This document shows, one piece after another, positions 52,601 through 64,000 of a stretch of 64,000 bases of DNA. Source of the DNA: Phoronis australis (Eukaryota > Animalia > Phoronida); NCBI GenBank assembly GCA_002633005.1, contig NMRA01000061.1, positions 493,150 through 557,149 of the forward strand, written 5' to 3'. The notes below the pieces were generated by a model. The model worked only from the letters and a program-made list of their open reading frames with translations, ran no database searches and had not been told where the DNA came from. Position 1 is the first letter of the stretch. Every line of letters starts with the position of its first letter. The translations under genes were made by a program, and so were the position numbers.

Positions 52601-55002
52601 ACAATCAAAACACAAAGTTACTATTAGACAATCAGCAAATAAGTCAATTTTAGCTTTTCACCCCAGACAACTGCTTTTCAATGAATGCTGTAATCAAGAT
52701 ATGTGACACAACAACCATGATGGTCAAATAAATTGGTTTTTGCTTTTCACTGTTCAATGACCATGATTCATGTCTTATTGCCAGTAGAATAAAAAAGGAT
52801 CTACTTTTATGCCTATCGATTTTGATCTGTTTAAAAGAATTGTGACAATGTGATTAAAACCATATCTCAACATACAGTTATAGGTCTTAAAAATTATTAA
52901 ATAATTTTCTTAAATTTGAGGGGACTTGAATTTTGAGTAGTGGAAATTTGAAGTGACGATTTGCTCAGATATCAAGTTTAACTAGACGAATACATGATTT
53001 GTGTGATAACGTGAAAACATTAACTGGTGAAAAGCTTTTAAATCATCTGGGAGAGTAATCTGGCTGCTGGTGTGTTGGTGTGCATGTGTGGAGTTTAGGG
53101 GTGCCATTCTATAGCTACAGTTGGTATCTGATGGTCTGTGAGGCTGGAGTTTAGTAAATCATTTGGACGACCATACTTTCAAACACCGGTAAATACTCGC
53201 AAAAATAGGCTCATACTATTTGCCAACTTGTCAGTTCAGGTCGTTCCCAAGGTTGTGATGTTATTTTGACCAATGAGAAGGTTGAAGTTGTCTGATGGAT
53301 ACCAAATGGCCAATAAAGCTGTGACCTCCTTAATAGAATTTACGCTTTGTTGGTTTGGACAGCAAGACTGTGGTGCTATTTTCACAAACACTGTTAAAAG
53401 TTTGTTTCAATGGTGAATAACAAAAATCAGATTATTTGTCTGATCAGGTGTAATGTTAAACATATCGACTCATGAGAATGATGACTGCATATCTGGGTAA
53501 ATAGCAAAAATCAGCTCGTTTGGCTGATTTGTCAGGTGAATAGCAAAAGCCAGCTTGTTTGGCCGAGTTGTCAGAAAACATCAGGCATCTTCAGAATCAA
53601 CTTGAAATTTCTTTACACAATGAAAACCCTCCCCAAGACAATCCATTTATGCCGCCTCTCCCCACACCATAAACATTCTGTCATTCACCCAACCCAAGTG
53701 ATACTGCCATTACCACCAATAACACAAAACTTAGTAAAATACCTACTCGAAATGATATTTATCCTGTATTGTCTTGGCTGTTTTAAAATCACCCAAGACA
53801 ATACAAGATACTAAGAAAAGCAACTATGTGAACCAGATACGGCAAAATATGCAAAAGATGGAGCAAAAGTACCCGGACAAGACAGCAACATGTCCCTGTC
53901 AACCTCTACCATGGGAGAGCTTCCAAATACAATTGTCCCTATAGAGTTTTGTCATAAATGTGCAAATAATATATGTCAGCAGAATAAAGAAGTTGTGACA
54001 TTGGTGTAACAAAACATGGCTGGGGCCAAGAAAATTGCACAGGTTATAAGAAAGAACTTTATTTCAATTCCAAAGGTAAAAGACTGAAGGTCAAAAAAGG
54101 CCAAAGTTGACACTTTGATATGTCTGAATTTTTTGTGGTTTTACAATCAAAAGTTATCGCCAGCTCCGAGTTATAACTAACTGTTGGCTAGTTACCATCA
54201 GGACCACCAACCACCTATAGTGTTTGCCAGTAGCGTAGGTAATGGTGGATCAATTTTAGTCTGAAAGATGGAGTCAGAGTGGCTGTAGGGAAGAGCACTA
54301 GAAAATGAAAAGTTTGTTGCAGCTACTATTAATTTGTTTTGCATCTAATTGGTAATAAGTTGGGTAATGGTCTGATATAACGTGCTCGATTTTTGAGAAC
54401 CAGTTTTCTCCACTGAAAAGCGGGTGCCATCAAAGTTGAACACTGGCTCTCAAGATACAGGCATGTTATATCAGACTATTGTCATAAGTTGAAATACAAT
54501 CTAAAACCCTATTGACTATCCATCTCTGACCAGGTTACTCTGATTAATAGGTCACATAAGAAATTTCAAACTACAAAAATACCACTGTAAAATTAATGTC
54601 AGTAAGCTCTGAAGTTAAAAAGTTAATCATTAAATAGGAACAAGACTTATTCACTTCACTGATCTGTTTTAAATAAGGGAAATTCTATTCATTGAGAAAC
54701 GTATTTAGCAGTGATGGAAGGCTACGGCCAATTCAACCATTTACTCCAGCACTATCTTCTGATATGTAACGTCACTAGCACCTAACTGACAATTCAGGAA
54801 CCTGGTTCTCGAAAATTAAGGACAAGGCATTGCATCCGACATACTAAGGCTATGGTGTTTCACGAATTTATATGCGATTAACTACACTTTCTGCTTAAAC
54901 TCTTACATTTGCCAATATTTTCCACCTTTGTTTGGCAACAGAAACAGAGCATTTTTTCAGAACAGCCCTTGGCTTGGATTTGTTGACAGCGGCCGTCTCC
55001 AT
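43631..55002 (-). CDS. CAMKMT: Calmodulin-lysine N-methyltransferase, 11 exons, 303 aa
   Basis: Minus-strand exons 55002-54907 (AKQRWKILA), 52501-52332 (SVRRFESFGL), 52079-52018 (GFNNTGNV), 51365-51305 (CVWPSEEVL), 49120-49066 (VCELGGGMTCLAG, SAM-binding motif I), 48547-48484 (LLTDGNE), 47962-47902, 47499-47425 (FDFVICADC), 46652-46589 (LFFDDYR), 45639-45511 (FAPSRGST), 43705-43631 (YDENIHYP...TGA). All GT-AG, total 912 nt. Confidence 0.95.
45928..46032. repeat. Palindromic ~105-bp MITE; second copy in opposite orientation at 54366-54480
   Basis: ataacatgccccacattttgagaaccagttt...aaactggttctccaaatgtgggcacactat; the 54366 copy shares ttttgagaaccagtttt and ggcatgttatatcagactatt. Confidence 0.7.
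46123..46226. repeat. 50-bp tandem duplication
   Basis: agagtggttcttcat(a/g)cagggccttacagctgttgtctatgaacaccagc twice, one mismatch. Confidence 0.9.
48758..48892. repeat. Long imperfect palindrome (hairpin MITE), CAMKMT intron 5
   Basis: attgtag...tagccgaatagcattggatgtg...aatag pairs with ctatt...cacgtccaatgctattcagcta...ctacaat along nearly the whole 135 bp. Confidence 0.8.
49309..49576. repeat. 33-bp minisatellite, about 8 copies, CAMKMT intron 4
   Basis: Unit gatgggatagacttgttgaagttattattgatg. Confidence 0.95.
49903..50146 (+). mobile_element. tRNA-derived SINE with 13-bp target-site duplication, in CAMKMT intron 4
   Basis: Box A-like TGGCCTGGTTGA and box B GGTTCGAGTCC, A/T-rich tail, flanked by the exact direct repeat ATGGACTATCATC (49890-49902 and 50147-50159). 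Confidence 0.85.
50855..51017. repeat. Inverted repeat with 33-bp arms (MITE-like)
   Basis: cagtagccattttaaaagtgagcctctttttag (50855-50887) vs ctaaaaagaggctcactattaaaatggctactg (50985-51017), 32/33 complementary. Confidence 0.85.
51072..51298. mobile_element. MITE with CAGTG...CACTG termini and 5-bp TSD (CCTTA)
   Basis: Termini cagtg(taggatt)...(agctccac)cactg, flanked by CCTTA at 51067-51071 and 51299-51303. Confidence 0.65.
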
Positions 55003-55586
55003 TTTGAAAAGTTGGCAATACAGGAAAGTTTCGTACAAATTGAATTCTTGTATTTTGTATTTTGCAAACTATTGAATAGCACAAGATATAATCATGGCAT
55101 TGTCCAGTTTTGGTATCTTTCTTACATTTTGTCTGTTCTTGCTTTCAAAAAAAATTAGCAATACTTCAGATGCTTAACTGAATATTACAAACGTCTGCTC
55201 AGCCTTAGTTACTTCCGGCAACAAAGAACGAAAGCCGAAGGTCTTTCTAGCTGCCAGTGTAATTATCCAATTACGCAAGTGCAGTCTTAAAACTTCACTT
55301 TTGCAAACAACCTCAGCGTTTTCACCGGCGGAATTAGTGTTGTTTAGTGACAGCTACCAAGGTTCTCGCTCATCTGAGTGAGGGGAATTTCTGTCATCAG
55401 TCATCAGTTCGGACAACCAATTCTGAGTTGAGAGGAATTTTGGGTGAGGCCGAGGGTAAAATTCGCAGTCAGTCACCTCCAGTAGCGCTGCCTCAAACAT
55501 TTTATGCAATTTCGTTTCAAATCGTCAAACTGTGTGAGTTTCAAGTTATTCTAACCTTGAGGGAATTTTTTAATCACGTGAGGCGG
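55003..55586. promoter_or_regulatory. Probable bidirectional promoter of CAMKMT and NAA80, including a candidate non-coding first exon of NAA80
   Basis: Divergent genes. ETS-type ACTTCCGG at 55211-55218, locally more CpG, donor cgg|gtaagt at about 55586, and acceptor tttcag| at 56159/56160 before the NAA80 ATG. Confidence 0.55.
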
Positions 55587-56205
55587 GTAAGTTTTGGAAC
55601 TGACGAGGGTAATTTCATGTTATTTTCAAATGTTTTTCAGCGGGGATGGAGGTAATATTTGACCTCAAAGTCAAAAAATTGATGACCCTGACTACAAGCC
55701 ACATCCGCTCTAGCCCTCAAAAGCTATTTTCGATATTTTACTATACCTTTAACAGTTTTAACATACACCATAAGTAAAGAAGGCGCAGCAATTACATCCC
55801 TACTAAGAACTGCCAAAAGTCCGATGAGGTTCACAATCTCTCCACTATGTGATGCGCTTGTCAATAGCTGTGATTGGCTGCTGCTTGACCTTGGATCAGG
55901 GTCATTCATAGTGTCTGAACCCTAACAAAGGTCAAGCATAATTACTTTCAATGCGTAATATTGTAATGTGTTTCAGCCTGTGTTTTATTGCACTGAAATG
56001 GAACTGAGGTCATTGTACAAGAACTGATGATTCCAGTGGTTCTTGTACAAATCTGTTGATGGCCAACCTGGTGCTGTGAAACAGAGCGAGTTTTTAATGA
56101 TTTTTACTAAGTCATTAGACATTGTATCATTGCTAGCTATGTGAATTGTATGATTTCAGACACTTTGGGTTATGAAGACGTCAAAGCGAGCAGCGAAGTG
56201 TTACG

Positions 56206-59200
56206 ATGTTACTTTTGGCTCTTCATAATCACAAGGAGTTCATGGAAGAATGTGCAGGTGTATTGAATGAAGAATGGCCACGCTCCTTAGCAGCCAGGTA
56301 TGGTTATTGTTTGTCTGTTTATCTGACTTACTGTATATTTGTTTTCAGTATGGATGAGCTGTGAATTATTTAGAGTTACAAAATACTAGGGTTTTTGCTG
56401 AAGAGTTGTTAGTTTTTCAGAGAACCGTTGAGAAAATACTATTAGATGATTCCATAATGCGAAGAATTTTCCAGGTTTTGATAGTCTAGCTGTTGATTTG
56501 CCATTGCATTACCTTAAAAAATCATTTTGTTCACAAAACGGACTATGCTGCATGGCATTCCAGCATCTATTTTTTATTTATGCTAGTTTGCAGTGTTACA
56601 ATCTCTCTACAGACTGTGAAATATTCAGATCTGCTAATACTGTTTTGGAAATGGACACAGACCTTTTTAACTTGATTTCTGATGCAGGTGCCACAGCCTG
56701 GGCAAATCTAACCCTTGTATGCCGATCTCGTTGGTGTATTTAGATGAAGAAAAGAACAAGGTCATTGGCCACAGTCGACTCAGTGGTGTACAGGGAGATA
56801 AGACTGCCTGCTTTGTGGAATCGGGTAAGACTAGGTTGAAGTTGTGGTTCACAAAAATTCCAAGTCCAGTGGCTTAAGTACAGAAGACAACACTCGATTT
56901 ACCAACCTGCAGGACGCCAATGCGACCTCAGATTGTGTTTGGCAGCCTGGGAAAATCCTAAGTCACCACGAAGTCACCTCTGCGAGTATCAAAATCAGAC
57001 ATTAATTCCCCTTAATTCATTTCAATGTTCGTGTTGCCTTCCAAACTTTAAATTGCTAACAGTTTTCCTACCCATGTTCTGCTCAGTTTATTTCATGAAA
57101 TTAGTGCATTTGTCACCACAGCAATCAGCGCACATCAAACATGTGCTTAAATTACAACAGGAAGTAAACAGACAGAAGTCAGAATTGTTCGGCTAAAATC
57201 AGGCTAGATCGGTGAAATACCTGCCACCAGTGTATGCGATCGTCTGCTTCCTGTGTTCATTCGTGGGAGGAATTGATTCTGAGAATGACGCACATTACGT
57301 CCATACGACCTTTTTTCAAGTTGACGATCCCTACGCCGATTTCAGCCGGGATTTTCAGATTCGGTGACGTCAGATTTTGTTTGGCGACCTGGGATTTTTG
57401 CCAGGTCACCAAATGCAACATTGTGATAGGCACCGAGCCCTGGTAGACCTGTTAGAATGAATTCTTGTTTGCCACGATTGTTCTTTTTGAAGGTTTTCTA
57501 GTTGCACTTGTTCCCTTTATGTCCTGGTTATTGCCCGCAGTTTTTGAATTGAGAAACTCACAAATCGAGATGGACATTTAGCCAAACATGACCTTTTGAA
57601 AATATTTTTCTAAAAGTCATATCAGGAAGTTCACGCCAACTACCAATTCCGAGTTAATGGTGTGAAAATTGTATTAATTTCAACTGGTTTAAATGGACCA
57701 TAAAAATAGCATCTAGTAACTTACCAACAACGGCTGGGCCTCCTGATGATGCTGGTACACTAAAGTGGGTAAGAACAAGCTAATTTAATCTAGTATGGAG
57801 GAGAGAATCATCGGTGGTTGTGTAGTAGAACAAACATGGAGGGATGGATCGGATCATGTGGCCCTTTTTTTAATCTTTATTACGAAATCTTCAATGCAAT
57901 TAAACCCAGAGAGCACCAAGAGGCATTGTATCTGGGTTAAAAAAATATACAAAGAAATCTGTATACAAATATTATACAGTCAAATACATAAATTAAAAAA
58001 ACTGATGTTAATATTACAATGACATATGATTACGAATGTAAATAAATCATTTTCATACACATCTATACAATTCTATCCACTCACACAAAGAGATTTAATA
58101 TTATAAAGGAATTTAGATACTACTTCGAATAAAACCTTATTTTCACTTGGGTTGAGTTCTTGACATCCATATAGAAAAAAATTAATTTTGTTGTACAATT
58201 GCAGAAATTCAGAATATTTTTTGTAAATATTGGGGTATTGTTCGAGTGTCTGGAAAAGCTGTACCCTCTGCTCCTTGCATATCTCACAAGCAAAGAAAAC
58301 ATGAGGATTAGTCTGGGTGTCTCCACAGGAGATCAACATTTTCCTTGGCTGTTTCCCTCAAGCAATGTTGCTCTCCCTCAGTCCATATGACTATGTATTG
58401 TCCTCGGCATTAGTCCATATTTTTAAAATGTTGGACAAAGCTCTCTAAACACTCATTGTAGTTGTTATCAAGAAAGAGATGCGAGGATTGGGTCTTGGAA
58501 AGAAACTAATGCGGGCGACTGAGGAGTATGCTGAAAGGTATGTTTGGCTGGTTCTGTTAGGTCCAGGAGGATTCACAACACATGCTGCAAGTTTGGAATG
58601 CATATTTCAATGTTTGTTGTGAAACAACATGTCAACATCGGTTTTCAAGGGATTCACCATTGAAACGTAATGGTTAACATTGACACACCACTCATAGTGT
58701 TTATTTTAAGATGATTATAACGTAAGTCATTACTTTGACTACAACTGGGATGCTGGTTACCATGGGTTCCAATTCCTATTCCAGGACAGCCATTTTTTCG
58801 TGACATTTCCAAATGTAGTTACTATTAATAACATTATGCTTTGTGAATTTTTCAAAGGTTTTCCTGTCTTGGTGATTGTAATTTATTTTTTTAAATCTTA
58901 CATAAGCCAGTGCAAAAGCATCACTAATTGAGACATATATAATGATTTGAAAAATGTATTTTTCTGTCACCTTTTCACTGCTTTGCTGCCTAGTTATTGT
59001 GCATTCCTTTCTATGCAGTTTGGGCTTAACTACACTTTTCCTGACCACAATAGACAAAGAAGGATTCTACAGTCACATTGGATACACATACTGTCAGCCA
59101 ATAATAAGTCTGGGTTGTGCCACAAGCTTGTTGTCTCCAGAAAAGGTATATCAAAAATTTAAAATTAAAATTTATTAAATTTATTTTGAACTGTTTAGAT

Positions 59201-60672
59201 TACATGACTATTGCGACACTACACTTGGGGCATCCCGTTTCACACAATTTGAAGAAAAATATGAGCTTAGCCTCAGAAATTGCTTTCGCATTATATCCAG
59301 GTTCTCATTTGTTCTCTTGCATATGTTTGCTAGTAAAACCGAGCTCAGAGGATTAGGAGACACTTTTTTGCAGGGCTCGATTGTCTGCCAGTAAAGCCAG
59401 GATCTGAACCCGGGTCTCCCAAATGGGAGTCCGGAGCACAAACCACTGTGCCACACTGTCTCCTCATTTCTCACAATGAAGAATGTCAAATGGTTCAATT
59501 AAACTAATTCAAGTTTGCAAGTCACAAAAATTTGAATCATGAAAGCATAAGACTGAACAATTCTGATTTTGTGTAATTATTGTGTGGTCAGAATGGTGGT
59601 ATTTTTGACTTAATAAATCACCGGCACTTCATATTTATTTTATTTTACTCTGAAGTTGGCCATATTTAACCTGCCAATGTAGCACACAATATATCTTTAA
59701 ATGGCAGAGCGTCTAACATTAGCATGGATCCACATTAAGTCCAGGAGGTCTGCAGAACCCTCTGCTCGGGTACTTTTGTCTAGGTGCAATGGAGAGTGCT
59801 CCCTATGTCTGCCCATTGCAGCTCCCCCTGTAGTAAGGTCCTGGATCCATGCTTGTTCATCAAGCATATGTTTTGTCCGCCATGTCTGCATTGAGGAAAG
59901 AGTAATGAAATAAAACAGGTGTAAGCATGTTAACTCTATAGATGACTAATGTACAGTTTATGCCAAAAGTCTCCAAACAAAATTACCTGGGATTCCCTGT
60001 CTGAGTGGAAGTTGCATGCGCTGATAGTGTTCCCTCGTGACTGAGAATGGAGGAAAGTTAGTCAGGTGACAAAGTCATTTGGTAATTAGATTTTTTTCTG
60101 CCAAAATATTCATTACCAATAATGTTTACTCTCAATGGAATTAGCCATCATGACGGAAAACTTTGTCCATTTACTTTAGTCATGCACTGTGTCTGGAGTT
60201 GCAATATCCCGCTTTCCAAACTGACCATCCTATTAATAAATTACTGGATCAGTATTTCTAGTGGTGAGATAAGGATTTCCGACAGTGCAATGAAGTATCC
60301 AAATAACTGAATCAAATTCTTGGACTCACCTGGATAAAAAATGTTCTACTGCACCCATGTCAGATGTAGTGACTCATCAGTTTTTAGCTCAAAGTATATT
60401 AGTGTGAAACTATGTTTCAGAAAATCATTTTTCCTTTTCAGCTTTCCACCTTGTTTGGTAGTCAAGCCATGCACACTGGTGCTGATTCTAAACTCCCTTC
60501 CAAAGCCACGACTGTTGGTGCTAACAACACAGACGCTAGTGGTGAACAACAGGTGGCGCCCTCTCCACCTCCACCACCTCCCATATCTCCACTTTCACTT
60601 GGCAGTGAGTCTCAACAGAGAGTGCACAGAATGGATCCTAGACATGTTAAGTGGATGAAAAAGAATCTGTGA
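56206..60672 (+). CDS. NAA80: Actin N-alpha-acetyltransferase 80 (NAT6/NatH), GNAT fold, 5 coding exons, about 220 aa
   Basis: Exons 56206-56297 (LNEEWPRS), 56688-56824 (HSLGKS...VIGHSRLS...FVES), 58462-58537 (RGLGLGKKLM, acetyl-CoA motif A), 59019-59145 (LFLTTIDKEGFYSHIGY), 60442-60672 (PSPPPPPP...WMKKNL stop). WPRS, the polyproline stretch and the terminal WMxK are NAA80 hallmarks. The start codon is slightly uncertain (see findings). Confidence 0.92.
57861..58420 (-). mobile_element. 3' end of a 5'-truncated non-LTR retrotransposon (CR1/L2-like ORF2 C-terminus, 3' UTR and A-tail)
   Basis: ORF 58339-58073 has CG-x6-HVFFAC...FLYGCQELNPSENKVLFEVVSKFL, resembling the Cys/His knuckle and terminal helix of CR1/L2-group ORF2. 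Minus strand ends AATAAA-gatt-poly(A) at about 57882-57864. Confidence 0.7.
59370..59463 (-). mobile_element. tRNA-derived SINE head (degenerate), NAA80 intron
   Basis: Minus strand reads ggagacagtgTGGCACAGTGGtttgtgctccggactcccatttgggagacccGGGTTCAGATCCtgg: box A and degenerate box B. The 5' end resembles the SINE at 49905 (ggaggcagtgtggc). No acceptor-stem closure. Confidence 0.6.
59721..59853. mobile_element. Short MITE of the GGATCC-terminus family
   Basis: Perfect 12-bp inverted ends AGCATGGATCCA / TGGATCCATGCT. Related single ends (g)gcggatcc at about 24273, 27201 and 63938. Confidence 0.6.
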
Positions 60673-63600
60673 CAGAAAATTTACGGACTGAGCTCAATGC
60701 AAAGATCAAGATGTGCAATATAGGTTAACAGTGTAGGCAGTTTTGGTGGGTGAAGTGTTCTGGCACAATAAGTCATTTCCAAGACACACAAAATTCACAC
60801 CATGGTGCAAACAGTGACATGTGAATGGGGAGTATCTTTGTTCTGCACACAGGTTCTGTTTACATGGACAGTTAAAAGATTTCTCCCACATAGCTCAGAA
60901 AATAAGTAGTCAGTCATATGCCTTCAGTAAAATCTGAAAGGTTCATTGACAAATAAGTGAGCAACTAGTAAATCTGTTTTATATGCATAGTTGGCCCATG
61001 GGGTTCAAACTTTTAAATCAATATGAATATGAGATTTGCTTATTAATTGTGAATCAAAGACCCATTAAGCTTTCTATTGTGTATGATTTGTATTGTAAAC
61101 CTAGTATTTATGGTATTTTGCATATACAAACAATTAAATATTTTTACCAGGTTCAATGACACTATTTCTAAGAATTAAACTGTACTTTAGAATTTGTTAT
61201 TGAGAATATTAGATTCTCTATGTCAAATTATGTGACCAATGAAGTCACAGGCAAAGCATCGCTTTGTAATTTTTGGCACAGGACCGAATGGAATGTGTGT
61301 TGAATGTCTAAGAAATTATTTATGTTAATTATAAACAAATATTGCCAAGAAAGGATTTTTCGTGCAGGTTGAAATTCGGTATAATCGATATGCATTAGCA
61401 AATTCCTAAGATGGTTTTTGCCAACCTGGAGTGTCCACACTCAGATCTGTCACAAGGGAAGTGCCAGGTTGTAAGTTAAAACACAAATAATGGAGAAATG
61501 ACAGAAAACAACTAAATTAAGGAACATGCGGACACACGAAGTTAGTCGGCGGCATCTTTTATGCATAGCATAGGAACTTGCGATTATGTCCAAAACTTGA
61601 GCCAAATATTCCTTAAAAATCATTTCGATACCCAGGCATGGGCCTAAGTACGAGTAGTAGTTATTGTAGTAGTTTTTATTGACTATCAAAACATAAACGA
61701 TGCTTACAAAATAATATAAAGATACGATAGTGCAACGAAACAAACAGATTAAGAAAATAACAAACGTATGATAGAAAATTGAGGCAACAGGAAAGGACAT
61801 GTAACAAATTAATACAATATAATGCCTGGCGTTCGAAATATTCCATGATTTCAGTTACACAGGTTTGTCGGGTTGGCTCAATATTGACGAAATGGACGTA
61901 CATGTATGGTCCTGTTGGTGTAAAAATGATCTTGAATGGACCCGCCATGCAAATGTACGGACAACCGTCGGGAGAGAGAATGTATACCGTGTGCTCAATG
62001 TGACGCAACACCAACATGGCAGGAAAATAACTAGGAAAGAAGCAATACCACTATTTGCTCTGTAGAAAAAGTCACATTTTGGTTAAAGATTTTGGAGTCT
62101 CTTGATTAGTCACAAAAAACTGTGCTGAATGGGCACCTCACAGGTGTTCACCGCACGCTGGCTCTGTTCTGCTTTTGGGCTTCCTACCCTGTGGTACATT
62201 CACACTAGTATCTGTTTGTATGCCCATCTAGCTGCTGCCAATTCATTTCACTGTTTACTTGGCTTATTTTACCAAGTGCCAAAGGATGAGACACGTGGTC
62301 ATAGCTATTGGCAATTCCACACCGTAAGACAAGACGTTGTACAGGAAGTATGAGCCAGTATGTAGCAAGCTGTCCAACAAAAAGTAAAGTCGTATCTGCA
62401 ACCGAGTTTGTGTTAATGAAGGGCTACCGCCGAACTGTACGAACATAAAAGGATGTACAAATTCACAAAAACATGAAAACAGTTGGAATCGACTTTACCA
62501 TTGGGCTGTCTCTCCGTGAGCGGCCCCTTACGAAGTTGTCGATAAAAAGCACGAAAAGGTTTGCCGCATGGATGCAATCTACTGGCCTCCTCTAAGGGCT
62601 AAACCGCTACGTATGAAAGGGTCTGGAATTTCAAAAAAAAAATGAAATGATCAGCGATTGATGCTATCTGTCAGATTCTCAATTTTATCAAGTGATATAC
62701 AGTTTGGAGAAAAAATGAAAAAGGGGAGCGAAAAATGACTCCATTATCCCTTGCCAGAGAGATGTTCCTGGAGAAATATACTTTTGCTTTCCCTAAAATT
62801 GTCTTCTTGATTTTGTATGCTGCAAAAATGGGGTCTTAACACTGCTGGCCAGCTTCTTCAAAGGGTAAATCAAGCTCTGGTACTTTTCTCAAGGATAATT
62901 GAATTTATTGTTTACAAAAATAATAAACCGTGTGCACTGCTTGCTACTGAATGACGCCAATTATAAGGAGAAATGTCCTCAAAGAAGATTGTATCATAGT
63001 TTTTCACATGAAATTCATATAGAACTGTATGTATCGTACGTATTTTCGCACACCCACATTTCAATACTGTTGATTTGTCCAGCATATTAGCATACCCATA
63101 TGACAAAATTAAAGATAACCTTTTCCTTCTGATAAATATTGAACCCAGAACAAGTCTCACCAATCGAAAGACAGTAGTATTAGATTATGAGTAATTTGTA
63201 ACTAACTACTGTTTAACATAATGTAATATCTTATTTTACCGGCACTTCTCTTTGTTTTCAAAATAATATGCACTGTCCATAATTCAATTCTAATCATCTA
63301 GAAGTCGAGTCCAGATGTATAAGTTGCTTAAATCAAGATATTAGTTTTAGCACCTTAAAAGGAGAACCCTCAATTTTATGTTTTTTGTCTTCAAAGTTCA
63401 TTTTCTTCTATTTTGCAACTTTCAACCTGATACAAATATATGTGCACTTGACCAAAGCAATTAGATTCAGAAGCTCCAATTTTTTCCACCACAAACGCTT
63501 TCGATAGAGTTATATAAAATTATCTATCGAGATAGTAACATTTTATTTACATAGAGATGGGACTGGCCGAGAAAAAATACCGTGCTGTCCTCTCATAGCC

Positions 63601-64000
63601 AACGTAGTGAGTCGACGTTGCCATCAATGTTGGAGATGGAAAGATAGTCTTCGTCGATATGTTGTAGATGTTGCTAGTGGCATTGTTGGTTTTGTTGCCA
63701 CTGTCGGTGGCGATATCGTAGTCTTTTAGGGCATTCTCTGCTTTGTCGTTGGTGTTGTCGATCGTCTATATGGTGTCGCGCTGTGTGCCTTCGTCGTTTT
63801 AGTCGATTCGTCAAGTCATACACCCATTTCAGTCGATTTCGCTAAATGTGGCTTCGACGGAGCGTTTTTATTTAAAAATTTGGCGCTGTTATTTCAATTC
63901 ATTTTCGTCAAGATGATCTTTGGCTGAGAGGGATCAAGGGCGGATCCAGGATTTTTTAAAACGGGGGTTCAAGTCAACAATTTGAAAATTCTAGATTAAA

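Noticed and set aside
56025-56045. CAGTG loop as an iron-responsive element
   Set aside because: The five bases flanking CAGTGG do not form the required upper stem.

Overview
AT-rich, intron-containing animal genomic DNA, probably a marine invertebrate (inferred from repeat content and protein divergence; species not determinable here). I assembled four conserved spliced genes by hand from GT-AG boundaries: the 3' part of PEX6 (+, six exons, 515-4258), an SLC51A/OST-alpha family transporter (-, 7 exons, 376 aa), CAMKMT (-, 11 exons, 303 aa) and NAA80 (+, 5 coding exons, about 220 aa). CAMKMT and NAA80 are head-to-head. Between SLC51A and CAMKMT are two long ORFs with intronless CDS and no recognisable family (588 aa, -; 579 aa, +), diverging across about 20 kb of non-coding DNA. 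The main finding is that these two ORFs share an ungapped 40-residue helical block (10/40 identical, DxV-x6-KQFxxE...IRRR/IKKK...LxxR), an RVxF-type motif and a V-A-x-F-[ML]-x-K motif in the same order. Each also has an upstream RFX X-box-like site. This suggests an old paralogous pair of possibly ciliary/flagellar PP1-binding coiled-coil proteins (inference). The rest is tRNA-derived SINEs, a LINE 3' end, many short palindromic MITEs (one duplicated a CAMKMT splice donor as its target site), and mini- and microsatellites.
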